Shown here: positions 45,157 through 54,728 of the stretch, piece by piece
Position numbering within the stretch: the stretch's first letter is position 1
Layout: each line of letters begins with the position of its first letter
NCBI GenBank assembly: GCA_919901555.1
Contig: CAKKPG010000082.1
Coordinates: forward strand, 4,693-68,692
Length of the DNA stretch: 64,000 bases
Direction of reading: 5' to 3'
DNA from: Nitrospiria bacterium
GTDB lineage: Bacteria > Nitrospirota > UBA9217
Notes under the pieces: model-generated
Seen by the model: only the letters and a program-made list of their open reading frames with translations
Told to the model about the DNA's origin: nothing
Database searches by the model: none
Program-made: the position numbers and the translations under genes

Positions 45157-45549
45157 GTGGCACGAATCGCCGGAGTGGATTTACCGAAGGACAAGCGTAT
45201 CGAGGTAGCGCTCACGTATATTTACGGGATCGGCAAGACCTCAGCGGGGCATATTCTCGCCGAGGCCGGGGTGGACCTCAGCGTGAGAAGCAAGGACCTC
45301 ACGGAAGACGACATCGTCAAGATCCGGGCCATCCTGGATCGGGACTATATGATCGAAGGAGACCTCCGCAGGGATGTCGCGACGCACATCAAGCGGCTCA
45401 TGGATACGGGCAGTTACCGCGGACTTCGACATCGCAGGGGCCTTCCGGCGAGGGGCCAGAGGACCAAGACCAACGCGCGCACCCGTAAGGGACCCAAGAA
45501 GTCAGCTATGTCAGGCAGAGGCAAGAAGAAGGGACTGTCAAAGAAGTAA
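45157..45549 (+). CDS. rpsM: 30S ribosomal protein S13
   Basis: GTG start; [26 protein letters not shown] conserved. Confidence 0.95.
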   Translation: MARIAGVDLPKDKRIEVALTYIYGIGKTSAGHILAEAGVDLSVRSKDLTEDDIVKIRAILDRDYMIEGDLRRDVATHIKRLMDTGSYRGLRHRRGLPARGQRTKTNARTRKGPKKSAMSGRGKKKGLSKK

Positions 45550-45652
45550 GGCGCGGGAGCGACGTCAGGCGCCAGTTCCCTGATGCGCTGGAACACCGGA
45601 GGCCTTAGCGGGTCGCGCTCGTTCGCGTGGGAACATTTATAGGGGAGATGAA

Positions 45653-46027
45653 ATGGCAAAGAAGGGCAAGGAAAAGAAGAACGTGTCCACCGGCATGGTG
45701 CACATACATGCGTCGTTCAACAATACCATTGTGACCATTACGGACACTGCCGGGAACGTCATTACGTGGTCAAGTGCTGGGAACCAGGGATTCAAGGGGT
45801 CCCGCAAGAGCACTCCCTTTGCTTCCCAGCTGGCCGCGGAAAACGCCGCTAAAAAGGCGATGGAGCACGGGATGAGGCAGGTGGAGGTGTATGTCAAGGG
45901 GCCGGGCGCCGGCAGAGAGTCGGCGATCAGGGCGATCCAGTCCGCGGGGCTGGAAATCGCGGCGATTAAAGATGTGACGCCCATCCCGCACAATGGGTGT
46001 CGGCCGCCGAAGCGAAGACGGGTTTAA
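45653..46027 (+). CDS. rpsK: 30S ribosomal protein S11
   Basis: [18 protein letters not shown] conserved. Confidence 0.95.
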   Translation: MAKKGKEKKNVSTGMVHIHASFNNTIVTITDTAGNVITWSSAGNQGFKGSRKSTPFASQLAAENAAKKAMEHGMRQVEVYVKGPGAGRESAIRAIQSAGLEIAAIKDVTPIPHNGCRPPKRRRV

Positions 46028-46042
46028 GCGACATTCTGCGAA

Positions 46043-46155
46043 TGTCGAATTGTAAATTGGAAATTGCAAATTGAAAAATGCAAAATAGAGTGAAGGGAAC
46101 AGTAAGCTTGGTTTCAATTTAAAATTTATAATTTACAATTTTCATTTTACAATCC
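46043..46155. repeat. AT-rich heptamer-repeat spacer element (E7)
   Basis: gaattgtaaattggaaattgcaaattgaaaaatgcaaaat ... tttcaatttaaaatttataatttacaattttcattttacaat. Confidence 0.6.
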
Positions 46156-46182
46156 TCGCGAAGCGAGAAGTGGAGGACACAC

Positions 46183-46812
46183 GTGGCACGGTATGTAGGA
46201 TCAGTATGTAAGCTCTGCAGGAGAGAGGGCATGAAGCTCTTCCTCAAGGCAGAGCGTTGTAATACCGATAAATGCGGAATAGTCCGGAGAAGCTATCCGC
46301 CGGGTCAGCACGGCCAGGCGAGGATCAAACACTCCGAATACAGCCTGCAGCTCAGGGAAAAGCAGAAAATCAGGAGGGTCTACGGCGTACTCGAGCGTCA
46401 GTTCCGCGGCTACTTTGACCGGGCGGCGCGGATGAAAGGCGTCACGGGCGACAACCTCCTGCAGATACTGGAGCGCAGGCTCGACAATGTAGTTCAGAGA
46501 ATGGGGTTTGCAGGCTCCAAAAAAGAGGCCAGACAGATCGTGCGCCACGGCCATATGCTCGTTAACGGGAAGAAGGTGAATATCCCGTCCTATCTCCTGA
46601 AGTCAGGGGACGTCGTTGAACTGCGCGAGAAGAGCAGAGGGATCGCGCACATCCAGCAGACGCTGGCCTCAGTGGAGAAGCGAGGCTTCCCCTCATGGCT
46701 CGAAGTGGACAAGACGCAGTTCCGGGGCAAGGTGCTCTCTTTGCCGGCACGGGACGAGTCCATTCTCCCCACGGTCAAGGAACAACTCGTGGTCGAGCTC
46801 TATTCGAAGTAG
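46183..46812 (+). CDS. rpsD: 30S ribosomal protein S4
   Basis: GTG start; [16 protein letters not shown] zinc-finger N-terminus. Confidence 0.95.
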   Translation: MARYVGSVCKLCRREGMKLFLKAERCNTDKCGIVRRSYPPGQHGQARIKHSEYSLQLREKQKIRRVYGVLERQFRGYFDRAARMKGVTGDNLLQILERRLDNVVQRMGFAGSKKEARQIVRHGHMLVNGKKVNIPSYLLKSGDVVELREKSRGIAHIQQTLASVEKRGFPSWLEVDKTQFRGKVLSLPARDESILPTVKEQLVVELYSK

Positions 46813-46926
46813 GAATACTCATCTTGAGAACTGCACTGCTGTCGACTTACGCGCGGGGCGCCCATGCCGTCCCTTTTGCGCACGGGGACCAGCGTTGTAT
46901 GTTTTTCACTCCGCTATGGGGGGATT

Positions 46927-47949
46927 ATGCTAAAAAAAGCAAAAGATTTTCAGATGCCGAAAAAACTTCAGTATGATCCCAAGAAAATTACCGATACCTA
47001 TGGCAAATTCACGGCCGAACCGCTCGAACGGGGGTTCGGGACGACGCTCGGCAATTCGCTGAGGCGGGTCCTCCTGTCGTCGCTTGAAGGTTCTGCGATC
47101 ACATCGGTGAGAATCGGAGGCGTGCTTCACGAGTTTTCGAGCATCCCCGGTGTCATCGAGGACACCACCGACCTGATCCTGAATCTCAAGGAAATCAGGC
47201 TCAAGCTCCACACGGACAAGCCGAAGACGCTTGCGTTGAAGACCAAGGGGCCGGGCGAGGTGACCGCGAAAGATATCGAGGCCGATGCGGAGGTCGAGAT
47301 CCTGAATCCTGATCTTCATATCGCCACGATCGATAAAAACGGGAAGCTCGAACTGGAGATGAAGGCCCGGCGCGGCCGGGGCTATGTGGCCTCGGAAAAG
47401 AACAAGGAATCAGGGCAGCCCATCGGCGTTATCCCCATCGATTCCATATTTTCCCCTATCCGGAAGGTCAACTTCAAAGTGGAGAATGCCCGGGTGGGCC
47501 AGGAGACCGATTACGACAAGCTCGTGCTCGAGGTCTGGACCGACGGGAGCATTCGGCCCGACGACGCCGTGGCCCATGCCGCCAAGCTCCTCAAGGACCA
47601 CCTGAGCTTCTTCATCCATCTCCCCGAGGAAGAAGAGGTGTCTCCCCTGACCGACGAGGAGATTAAGAAGGCGCCCACGTTCAATGAAAACCTCCTCAGA
47701 AGCGTGAGCGAGCTTGAACTCTCCGTGAGAGCCGCAAACTGCCTGAAGAATGCGGGTATTGAGACGATCGCGGAGATGGTGCAGAAGACCGAGAGCGAGA
47801 TGCTCAAGACCAAGAATTTCGGGAGGAAGTCCCTGAACGAGATCAAGGAAATTCTCGCCGAGATGGGACTGAGCCTGGGCCTGAAGGTGGATGATGCCAT
47901 CGTTGTCGAGGCCAGACGGCTTCTCGCCGAAAAACCGGCAGAGGTATAA
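46927..47949 (+). CDS. rpoA: DNA-directed RNA polymerase subunit alpha
   Basis: Start moved to ATG 46927 ([13 protein letters not shown]); NTD dimerisation domain plus C-terminal HhH alpha-CTD; 340 aa. Confidence 0.95.
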   Translation: MLKKAKDFQMPKKLQYDPKKITDTYGKFTAEPLERGFGTTLGNSLRRVLLSSLEGSAITSVRIGGVLHEFSSIPGVIEDTTDLILNLKEIRLKLHTDKPKTLALKTKGPGEVTAKDIEADAEVEILNPDLHIATIDKNGKLELEMKARRGRGYVASEKNKESGQPIGVIPIDSIFSPIRKVNFKVENARVGQETDYDKLVLEVWTDGSIRPDDAVAHAAKLLKDHLSFFIHLPEEEEVSPLTDEEIKKAPTFNENLLRSVSELELSVRAANCLKNAGIETIAEMVQKTESEMLKTKNFGRKSLNEIKEILAEMGLSLGLKVDDAIVVEARRLLAEKPAEV

Positions 47950-47963
47950 ATAAATAGACCAGA

Positions 47964-47992
47964 AAATAGAGAATAGATAATAGACAATAGTA
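47964..47992. repeat. Tandem heptamer ANAATAG x4
   Basis: aaaatag agaatag ataatag acaatag; partially inverted copy ttctattctcat follows. Confidence 0.55.
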
Positions 47993-48061
47993 CGAATCGA
48001 CCGCTGCTCGGTTTTGCTTAATTTCTATTCTCATAATATCTCAATAAGGTTAGGACAAATT

Positions 48062-48472
48062 ATGAGACACGCATGTGCAGGACGACAATTCGGCAGGAAC
48101 TCGGGCCACCGCAAGGCGCTTTTGAGGATGCTTGTGGCAGCTCTGCTGAGGAATGAAAAAATAGAGACCACGGTGGCCAAGGCGAAAGAGATACAGCCTC
48201 TTGCGGAAAAGATGATCACCCTCGCCAAGAGGGGCGATCTCCACGCCCGGCGCCAGGCGCTCAGCTTTATCGTGGATGAATCCGTGGTGAGCAGCCTCTT
48301 TACCGCCATCGGTCCGCGGTTCGCGGCCAGGAACGGCGGCTATACCAGGATCGTCCGCACCCGTGAACGGATGGGGGACGCCGCTTCCATGGCGGTTATT
48401 GAACTGGTGGAGCGGACGAAAAAGGAGCCGAAAGAGGCAAAGCCCAAAGCAGACGTAAAGCCGAAGCCGTAA
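48062..48472 (+). CDS. rplQ: 50S ribosomal protein L17
   Basis: Start moved to ATG 48062 ([23 protein letters not shown] canonical L17 N-terminus); 136 aa. Confidence 0.93.
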   Translation: MRHACAGRQFGRNSGHRKALLRMLVAALLRNEKIETTVAKAKEIQPLAEKMITLAKRGDLHARRQALSFIVDESVVSSLFTAIGPRFAARNGGYTRIVRTRERMGDAASMAVIELVERTKKEPKEAKPKADVKPKP

Positions 48473-48502
48473 TATTCCCGCTCTACCATCGCACGCGCAA
48501 AA

Positions 48503-48530
48503 GGCAAGGGTCATCCCTTGCCTTTTTTAT
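48503..48530 (+). terminator. Intrinsic terminator after rplQ (end of alpha operon)
   Basis: ggcaaggg-tcat-cccttgcc followed by ttttttatt. Confidence 0.8.
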
Positions 48531-48575
48531 TGCGTTTACAGGACGGGTATTTTGTGTTAATATAATCAATGCTTT

Positions 48576-50711
48576 GTGCTGGATGAGCCCATGGAAAGGA
48601 TCACCACCATACTGAAGACCCTCACATCACGCCTGCTCCTGCCTGCCGGGTGGTGGGGCGGGATCGGGTGCAGAGTGGCATTCTTCATGTCCCTCGCACT
48701 GTTCCTTGTTGCCGTGCTCGTGGGGGTTTTTTTCTTCTGGGAGGGCAAACGCGCCGTCGATACCGAGATACGGAGTCGGCAGCTGTATGTAGCCAGGCAC
48801 ATGGCCGCGCTCATCGCTGACGACGTCCTCACGGAAAACCGGCACGAAATTTACCGTAAGCTCGCTTCCGCCTTTCTGCCGCAGGGTGACCGGCAGCACG
48901 ACGAAGACCTCATCTATCTCATGGCGTACAACCGCAGGGGAGAGCTGATAATCGGGAGCACTCAGGCCGCCGTTGTTACGGCGGCCGATGCCTCTCCCCG
49001 ATACGAAACTCCCAGGGGAGACCGCCTTTCCGTTGAAACCGCCCTGCGACGCGATGTCCTGACGCTCTCCGGTCCCTTCATTGAGCGGAATGAAAAGGGC
49101 TTCTATGATCTTATCCTTCCGATATACGTGGAGGGTGAGAGGACGGGGTTCATTCGGATCGGGATCAGCGGCCATTTGCGCGCGGAAAAATTTTCCCGTC
49201 TTGCAAAAAAAGGCGTCTTTGCCCTGTTCGCGATTTTTGCACTCGGCCTGGCGTTCAGCGAGATCATCGCGGCAAGCATCACGAGGCGCCTGTCGCGGCT
49301 GAGCGCCGCTGTTGAGGCATTGAGCAGCCAGAACTGGAAGGTCTCCGTTCCGGTGCGGGGAAAAGATGAGATCAGCACCCTCGGGCATGCCTTCAACCAG
49401 ATGGCGCTCACGTTAAAACAGCGGGAGGCGAGCCTTTCCCGCGGCAACCGGGACCTGTTTATTCTCCATACCGCGGGACTCGACCTCATGGAGAGTCTCG
49501 ACATTGATACGTTGCTCCCCAAGATAGGAGGTCGCGCCGAGGACCTCGTGAGGGCGGACACCATCGCGCTCTCCGCCGTTGACGCTGCCGATAGAACATT
49601 GAAGTACATCGGCGTGTTCGGAAACAAGGCCAGGGCGATCAGAGATCTCGACATGGCGCTTGAAGCAGGGGGCATCTTCAACTGGATCGTGAGTTACGGC
49701 ACCCCCCTCCTCGTTCAGGACGCGCCATCGGATTTTCGCCTCGACAAAAACCTCATGGAATCGATGGGGATCCGGTGTCTCATGACGGTTCCGCTGTGGT
49801 CATCGAACACCATGACCGGACTGCTGACAGCCGTAAACAAGAAGGGCGGCGCCTGTTTCGACAAGCACGACCTCAGGCTGTTCACGGTCTTCTCCAACCT
49901 GATCGGCGCCGCTCTCCAGAACGCCAACTTGTACACCGACCTCAAAAACAGCATGGAGGAGCGTAGGCATGCCCAGGAACAACTTGTTCTCTCCGCCAAG
50001 ATGGCGGCGATCGGAGAGCTGGCAACGAATGTGGCGCACGAAATAAACAACCCCTTGACCAGCGTGCTGGGATACACGAGCCACCTGTTGAGGACGCTCG
50101 ATTTGCCCGAGGCGCCGAAACGGATGCTCGCGATGATGGAGCAGGAAACGCTCAGGGTGCGGAAGATCATCCGCGGCCTGCTCGATTTTGCGCGTGCCCG
50201 TCCCAGCCATATGTGGCCGGCGGACCTTCTCCAGCCGCTGAGAGAGACGGTGGCCTTTGTTTCCGGAGTGGCAGCATCGTCCTCCGTGCATATCAGGGAG
50301 GACTATGACGGTACGCCGCTCATCGTCAGCATGGACTCGAATCAGATGAAGCAGGTCTTCATCAATATCGTCAACAACTCGTTCCAGGCGATGCCGCAGG
50401 GAGGGAGCCTGACGATCCGCGCGGCCGCCGACAACCGGCGGAATGCGGTCGTTGAATTCCAGGACACGGGTGTGGGAATTGCGAAGGAAGACGTGGCGAG
50501 GATTTTCGCGCCCTTCTTCTCGACCAAGACCGAGGGCAACGGCACCGGTCTCGGCCTTTCCATCAGCGAACGTATCGTCCAGAACCACGGCGGACGGATC
50601 GAGGTAGAGAGCGTTCCGGGAGCGGGGAGCGTTTTCAAAGTTATCGTGCCTCTCTATCAGGAGACGCCCGGCTCCGCTGACCGTGGCAGTGAAAAAAAGG
50701 AGCATGTCTAG
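48576..50711 (+). CDS. Sensor histidine kinase: 2 TM, periplasmic sensor domain, HAMP, GAF, HisKA, HATPase
   Basis: TM1 ~res 30-55, TM2 ~res 212-235; HisKA ATNVAHEINNPL; HATPase GTGLGLSISERIVQNHGGRIEVES; GTG at 48576 or ATG at 48591; TATAAT at 48561-48566 upstream. Confidence 0.85.
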   Translation: MLDEPMERITTILKTLTSRLLLPAGWWGGIGCRVAFFMSLALFLVAVLVGVFFFWEGKRAVDTEIRSRQLYVARHMAALIADDVLTENRHEIYRKLASAFLPQGDRQHDEDLIYLMAYNRRGELIIGSTQAAVVTAADASPRYETPRGDRLSVETALRRDVLTLSGPFIERNEKGFYDLILPIYVEGERTGFIRIGISGHLRAEKFSRLAKKGVFALFAIFALGLAFSEIIAASITRRLSRLSAAVEALSSQNWKVSVPVRGKDEISTLGHAFNQMALTLKQREASLSRGNRDLFILHTAGLDLMESLDIDTLLPKIGGRAEDLVRADTIALSAVDAADRTLKYIGVFGNKARAIRDLDMALEAGGIFNWIVSYGTPLLVQDAPSDFRLDKNLMESMGIRCLMTVPLWSSNTMTGLLTAVNKKGGACFDKHDLRLFTVFSNLIGAALQNANLYTDLKNSMEERRHAQEQLVLSAKMAAIGELATNVAHEINNPLTSVLGYTSHLLRTLDLPEAPKRMLAMMEQETLRVRKIIRGLLDFARARPSHMWPADLLQPLRETVAFVSGVAASSSVHIREDYDGTPLIVSMDSNQMKQVFINIVNNSFQAMPQGGSLTIRAAADNRRNAVVEFQDTGVGIAKEDVARIFAPFFSTKTEGNGTGLGLSISERIVQNHGGRIEVESVPGAGSVFKVIVPLYQETPGSADRGSEKKEHV

Positions 50712-51633
50712 GATGCCCTTGCGAAGGACGCTTATTGCAGGCATGATGGCGCTTGCTCTTCTCCCGACGGGGTGCGAGAGACGGCCGCAGGAACCGCCCG
50801 AGCGGAACGTTTTCGGCCAGCAGGAGCTCCTCATCGGGCTTATGCCGGAGCGGAACATTTTTCGTCAGCGCGAGCGGTACCAGGCCCTGGGGAGCTACCT
50901 CTCAGGCAGGCTCGGGATCACCGTGAACTTTACGAGCTTGACCCGGTATGGAAACATTATTCAGCGACTCTCGGAGGAGAAGCTCGACGGCGCTTTTTTG
51001 GGGAGCTTTACCTATGCGCTGGCACACAGCACGATGGGCATGGAGGCGGTGGCCAGGCCCGTCAACGTTGATGGAACCTCGACCTATCATGGCTACCTTT
51101 TTGCGCGCAAGGACAGCGGTATTCGCACGGTGGCGGATATGAAGGGCAAACGGTTCGCCTATGTGGATCGCGCTACCACGGCGGGGTACCTGTTCCCCCG
51201 CGCCTACTTGAAAGAGAAGGGCGTAGCGGATCCGGACCGTTATTTCGGCGAGGTTTTCTTTGCCGGCAGCCACGATGCAACAGTGCTCGCAGTGCTGAAT
51301 GGAGAGGCGGACATCGGCGCCTCCAAAAACACGGTCTACGACCAACTGGCCCGGGAAAACGCCCGCGTCGTCAAGGAACTCCTCATCCTGGCGGCGTCCG
51401 CCGTCGTTCCCCAGAACGGACTTGCCGTACGAAAGGACCTGGACCCGGAACTCAAGAAGGCGCTGAAGCAGGCCCTCCTCGACATGGACAAGGACCGGGA
51501 CGGGCTTGAGGCCCTTCGTCAGCTTGGGGCGCGGGGCTTTGTCGAAACGATTGACAAGGACTATGCCTATGTCTATGCCCTGGCGGCCCAGGTGGGGCTC
51601 AATCTGAGGGCCTACCGGTATATGAACAGGTAG
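50704..51633 (+). CDS. PhnD/SsuA-like periplasmic substrate-binding lipoprotein (type 2 PBP fold)
   Basis: Lipobox LLPTGC; PBP2 phosphonate-binding-like core (GLMPERNIF..., KRFAYVDRATTAGYLFP, IGASKNTVYD); start overlaps upstream kinase stop by 8 nt. Confidence 0.75.
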   Translation: MSRMPLRRTLIAGMMALALLPTGCERRPQEPPERNVFGQQELLIGLMPERNIFRQRERYQALGSYLSGRLGITVNFTSLTRYGNIIQRLSEEKLDGAFLGSFTYALAHSTMGMEAVARPVNVDGTSTYHGYLFARKDSGIRTVADMKGKRFAYVDRATTAGYLFPRAYLKEKGVADPDRYFGEVFFAGSHDATVLAVLNGEADIGASKNTVYDQLARENARVVKELLILAASAVVPQNGLAVRKDLDPELKKALKQALLDMDKDRDGLEALRQLGARGFVETIDKDYAYVYALAAQVGLNLRAYRYMNR

Positions 51634-51646
51634 TCACGGTGGCGGA

Positions 51647-53101
51647 ATGAAAAAAAGAATCTATAGAGGCCTCATCCTGCTCCTGAGTATTTTTGCCGCC
51701 GGAAGCATGATCGCCGTGGTCTACGTTATGAAGACCTCCAGTCGCATGGACCGGCTGATCGTGCTCCATCAGGTGGAAATCCTGCGGGAAGACCTTATCA
51801 TCCTTATTCAGCAGGTGCAGTCCAGCATCTACCGAAACAGAATGCGGAGCAGCAGCGACGCGGACCTTCTCGTCGCCCACGTGCAGGAAATGGACCGGGC
51901 GATGAATACCTGCACCGGTTGCCATGAGCAGCACTCACCGGAGCTCAAACAGGGGCTCCAGGGGATGAGAGACATGGCCGAGGATTACAAAGAGGCCATC
52001 AGCCGGCTCTTTACCGCCTCGGCGAACCCCCGGAGGATAGAAGCGCTCGAGCGCAGGGTCCTCCAGCTGGGGCAGGACCTTATTTCCATGAGCCAGGGGA
52101 TGGCCTTTACGGCCAATGTCCGCCTTCAGCAAAAGACGCAGGAGACCATGGCGGTGGTGCGCGAAGTCAAGGTGATTTTGATCGTGACGCTCGTGACGGG
52201 ATTTTTGCTGGCCATCATCACGGCATACGGTCTGGCTAGGAGCCTTGACCGCCCGCTGCAGAGGCTTCTCGAGGCCACGAGAAAGATCGCCCGGGGCGAC
52301 CTTCACACGCAGGTGAATATCAGCGGCGACGAGGGGGAAGAGTTCAAGGAACTGGGCGATGCCTTCAACGCCATGACGAAGAACCTGACTCTTTCGCAGC
52401 GCCAGCTCGTTCAGAGCGCCAAGCTGGCGGCCATTGGAGAACTGGCCACGAACATAGCCTACGAGGTCAACAATCCTCTGACGGGCGTCCTGGGATATGC
52501 CGGCCTCCTGCTCAGATCGGACGATGTCCCGCCGGAAAAGAAAGAACATCTGAGGACCATCGAACGCGAGACCCTGCGGGCCCGGGAAATTCTCAAGAAC
52601 CTTCTGGATTTCGCGCGGCGCAAGCCGCCCCGTCTTGTAAGCGCCGACATCTGCGCCGTCATCCAGGACGCTCTTGCGCTCGTCCGGGGGCAGGCCAAGC
52701 TGTGCAATGTGGAGCTCGCCACCTTTTGCACGGACGAACTCCCGCCCGTGTCCGTCGATATTGACGAGATGAAGCAGGTCTTCGTGAACCTCATGAATAA
52801 TGCCTTTTTCGCCATGCCCAACGGCGGCAGCCTTACGGTCCGATCCAGGCGCGACAGGAATAGCGCGGGCGCAAGCGTGCTTGTTGTTGAGTTCGAGGAC
52901 ACCGGCATCGGCATTCCCGAGCCGCATCTGGACAAGATCTTCGACCCCTTTTTCACCACCCGTGTGGATGGAGAAGGCACAGGGCTGGGGCTGTCCATCA
53001 GCTACATGATCGTTTCGAACCATGGCGGCCGCATCGAGGTGGAAAGCACCGTCGGCAAGGGATCGGTGTTCAGGGTGATTCTGGCGGCAGAGGGGCAATG
53101 A
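51647..53101 (+). CDS. Sensor histidine kinase with ~150-aa periplasmic domain carrying a CxxCH motif, HAMP, HisKA, HATPase
   Basis: TM1 res 7-27, TM2 ~res 175-198; CTGCH between them; HisKA ATNIAYEVNNPL; HATPase GTGLGLSISYMIVSNHGGRIEVES. Confidence 0.85.
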   Translation: MKKRIYRGLILLLSIFAAGSMIAVVYVMKTSSRMDRLIVLHQVEILREDLIILIQQVQSSIYRNRMRSSSDADLLVAHVQEMDRAMNTCTGCHEQHSPELKQGLQGMRDMAEDYKEAISRLFTASANPRRIEALERRVLQLGQDLISMSQGMAFTANVRLQQKTQETMAVVREVKVILIVTLVTGFLLAIITAYGLARSLDRPLQRLLEATRKIARGDLHTQVNISGDEGEEFKELGDAFNAMTKNLTLSQRQLVQSAKLAAIGELATNIAYEVNNPLTGVLGYAGLLLRSDDVPPEKKEHLRTIERETLRAREILKNLLDFARRKPPRLVSADICAVIQDALALVRGQAKLCNVELATFCTDELPPVSVDIDEMKQVFVNLMNNAFFAMPNGGSLTVRSRRDRNSAGASVLVVEFEDTGIGIPEPHLDKIFDPFFTTRVDGEGTGLGLSISYMIVSNHGGRIEVESTVGKGSVFRVILAAEGQ

Positions 53102-53139
53102 TCATTGCGGATCGCCTGCCTGTGCGGTGCACGCAGACA

Positions 53140-53180
53140 GGCGGAATCCGGGTTTTTCAATCCGAAATCCGAAATGTGGA
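53140..53180. repeat. Intergenic CCGAAAT heptamer element (E8)
   Basis: gcggaatccgggtttttcaatccgaaatccgaaatgtgg; preceded by GC hairpin gcctgcctgtgcg...cgcagacaggc. Confidence 0.5.
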
Positions 53181-53197
53181 GAGAGTGAGCGCGAGCC

Positions 53198-54727
53198 ATG
53201 GCAGGAGAAAAAATACTCGTCGTAGACGATGAAGAGATGATCCGGGACCTGTGCCACCACATCCTTTCCGCCGAAGGGTACCGCGTGACGACCGCTTCCA
53301 GCGGGGAGGCGGCCCTGGAAGAACTGCGGAAGAACGACCTCGATCTGCTGATCACCGATATCAAGATGCCGGGCATGGACGGCCTGGAGCTCTTCGAGCG
53401 GGTCAGGAAGGTCACCACGGACATCGTAACGGTGTTCATCACCGGGCACGGGACGCTCGATACGGCCATCGAGTCGCTCATGCGCGGCGTGGACGGTTTC
53501 GTTCTGAAGCCCTTTACCCAGGAAGAGCTGCTGACGTCCGTCGATCGGGCGGTAACGCGCGCCCGGCTCCAGAAGGAGAACATCCGGCTCAAGGCCCTCA
53601 TACCCGTGTTCGAGATCAGCAAGCTTCTCGTCACGGAAATCGACCTCGCGCACCTGTTCCGGATCATCACCGAGGTGCTCGTGAAGGAGTTTTCCGTTGA
53701 CCGCGTCTCGCTCATGCTCGTGGACGATTCCAGCAGCGACCTGGTGATCCGCGCTTCCCACGGGCTGCCGCCGCAGCTGGCGCTCTCGGCGCGGCGCAAA
53801 CCGGGAGAGGGCGTGGCGGGCCTGGTGCTCAGGGACAAAAAGCCGCTCATCGTCTCCGTGGGAAAACATCCGGACCAGGAAGTCCTGGACGCCTTGAACC
53901 TCGAAGACGTGCCGTTCTCCTCCATGTCCGTGCCGCTCATCGGCAGGGAAAAGACCTTCGGCGTGCTCAATGTGAGCAAGGTCGTCGGTCCGCCGTTCAC
54001 GGCCAGCGACCTGCAGGTCGTCCTTATTCTGGCGAGCCAGGTGGTCACGGCCATGGAGAACGCCGCCCTCTACGAGGACCTGCGGGAGAGCTACTTCCGC
54101 ACGGTCCAGGCGCTCGTTACCGCGGTGGAAGCCAAGGACCCGTATACGCGGTGGCACTCCACCAATGTGGCCAAATATGCCGTGGCCATGGCCCGCGACA
54201 TGGGCATGAGCCCCTCGCAGCTCGAGGAGATCCACATCGCCGCGATCCTCCACGACGTGGGAAAAATCGGGGTCAGCGAACGGATCATCAGCAAGCCGGA
54301 CCGGCTGAGCCAGGAGGAGTTCGATATCATGAAGGACCACCCGGCCCACGGAATCAGGATCCTTGAGCCCATCGGCTTTTCCCCGGCCATCATGAACGCG
54401 ATTTTCCAGCACCATGAGCGCTATGACGGCAAGGGGTATCCCCAGGGCCTCTCCGGAGAGCAGATCAGCCTCCCCGCGCGCATCCTCAATGTGGCCGACA
54501 CCATCGACGCCATGGTTTCCGAGCGGCCCTATCGAGGCATGATTTCAAGCGATGAGGTGGTTGCGGAACTTGAGAAAGAATCAGGGAGGCAGTTCGATGG
54601 GGCCGTTGCGGAATCCGCCAAGCGGCTTGTACAGAAGGGACTCCTGAAGCTCGGCATGCACACCTACTACCAGTACGCTTCGGGGACCGATAAAAATGCG
54701 CAGAATGGCAAAGATACTCAGCAATAA
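53198..54727 (+). CDS. Response regulator REC-GAF-HD-GYP (putative c-di-GMP phosphodiesterase)
   Basis: REC: ILVVDDEEMIRD...D at LLITDIKMPGMDG; HD-GYP: AAILHDVGKIGV and HHERYDGKGYPQGL. Confidence 0.85.
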   Translation: MAGEKILVVDDEEMIRDLCHHILSAEGYRVTTASSGEAALEELRKNDLDLLITDIKMPGMDGLELFERVRKVTTDIVTVFITGHGTLDTAIESLMRGVDGFVLKPFTQEELLTSVDRAVTRARLQKENIRLKALIPVFEISKLLVTEIDLAHLFRIITEVLVKEFSVDRVSLMLVDDSSSDLVIRASHGLPPQLALSARRKPGEGVAGLVLRDKKPLIVSVGKHPDQEVLDALNLEDVPFSSMSVPLIGREKTFGVLNVSKVVGPPFTASDLQVVLILASQVVTAMENAALYEDLRESYFRTVQALVTAVEAKDPYTRWHSTNVAKYAVAMARDMGMSPSQLEEIHIAAILHDVGKIGVSERIISKPDRLSQEEFDIMKDHPAHGIRILEPIGFSPAIMNAIFQHHERYDGKGYPQGLSGEQISLPARILNVADTIDAMVSERPYRGMISSDEVVAELEKESGRQFDGAVAESAKRLVQKGLLKLGMHTYYQYASGTDKNAQNGKDTQQ

Positions 54728-54728
54728 C

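Noticed and set aside
53101-53140. Hairpin gcctgcctgtgcg...cgcagacaggc as an intrinsic terminator after the second kinase
   Set aside because: Imperfect stem, and the U-run is not directly adjacent; left as part of the E8 repeat context
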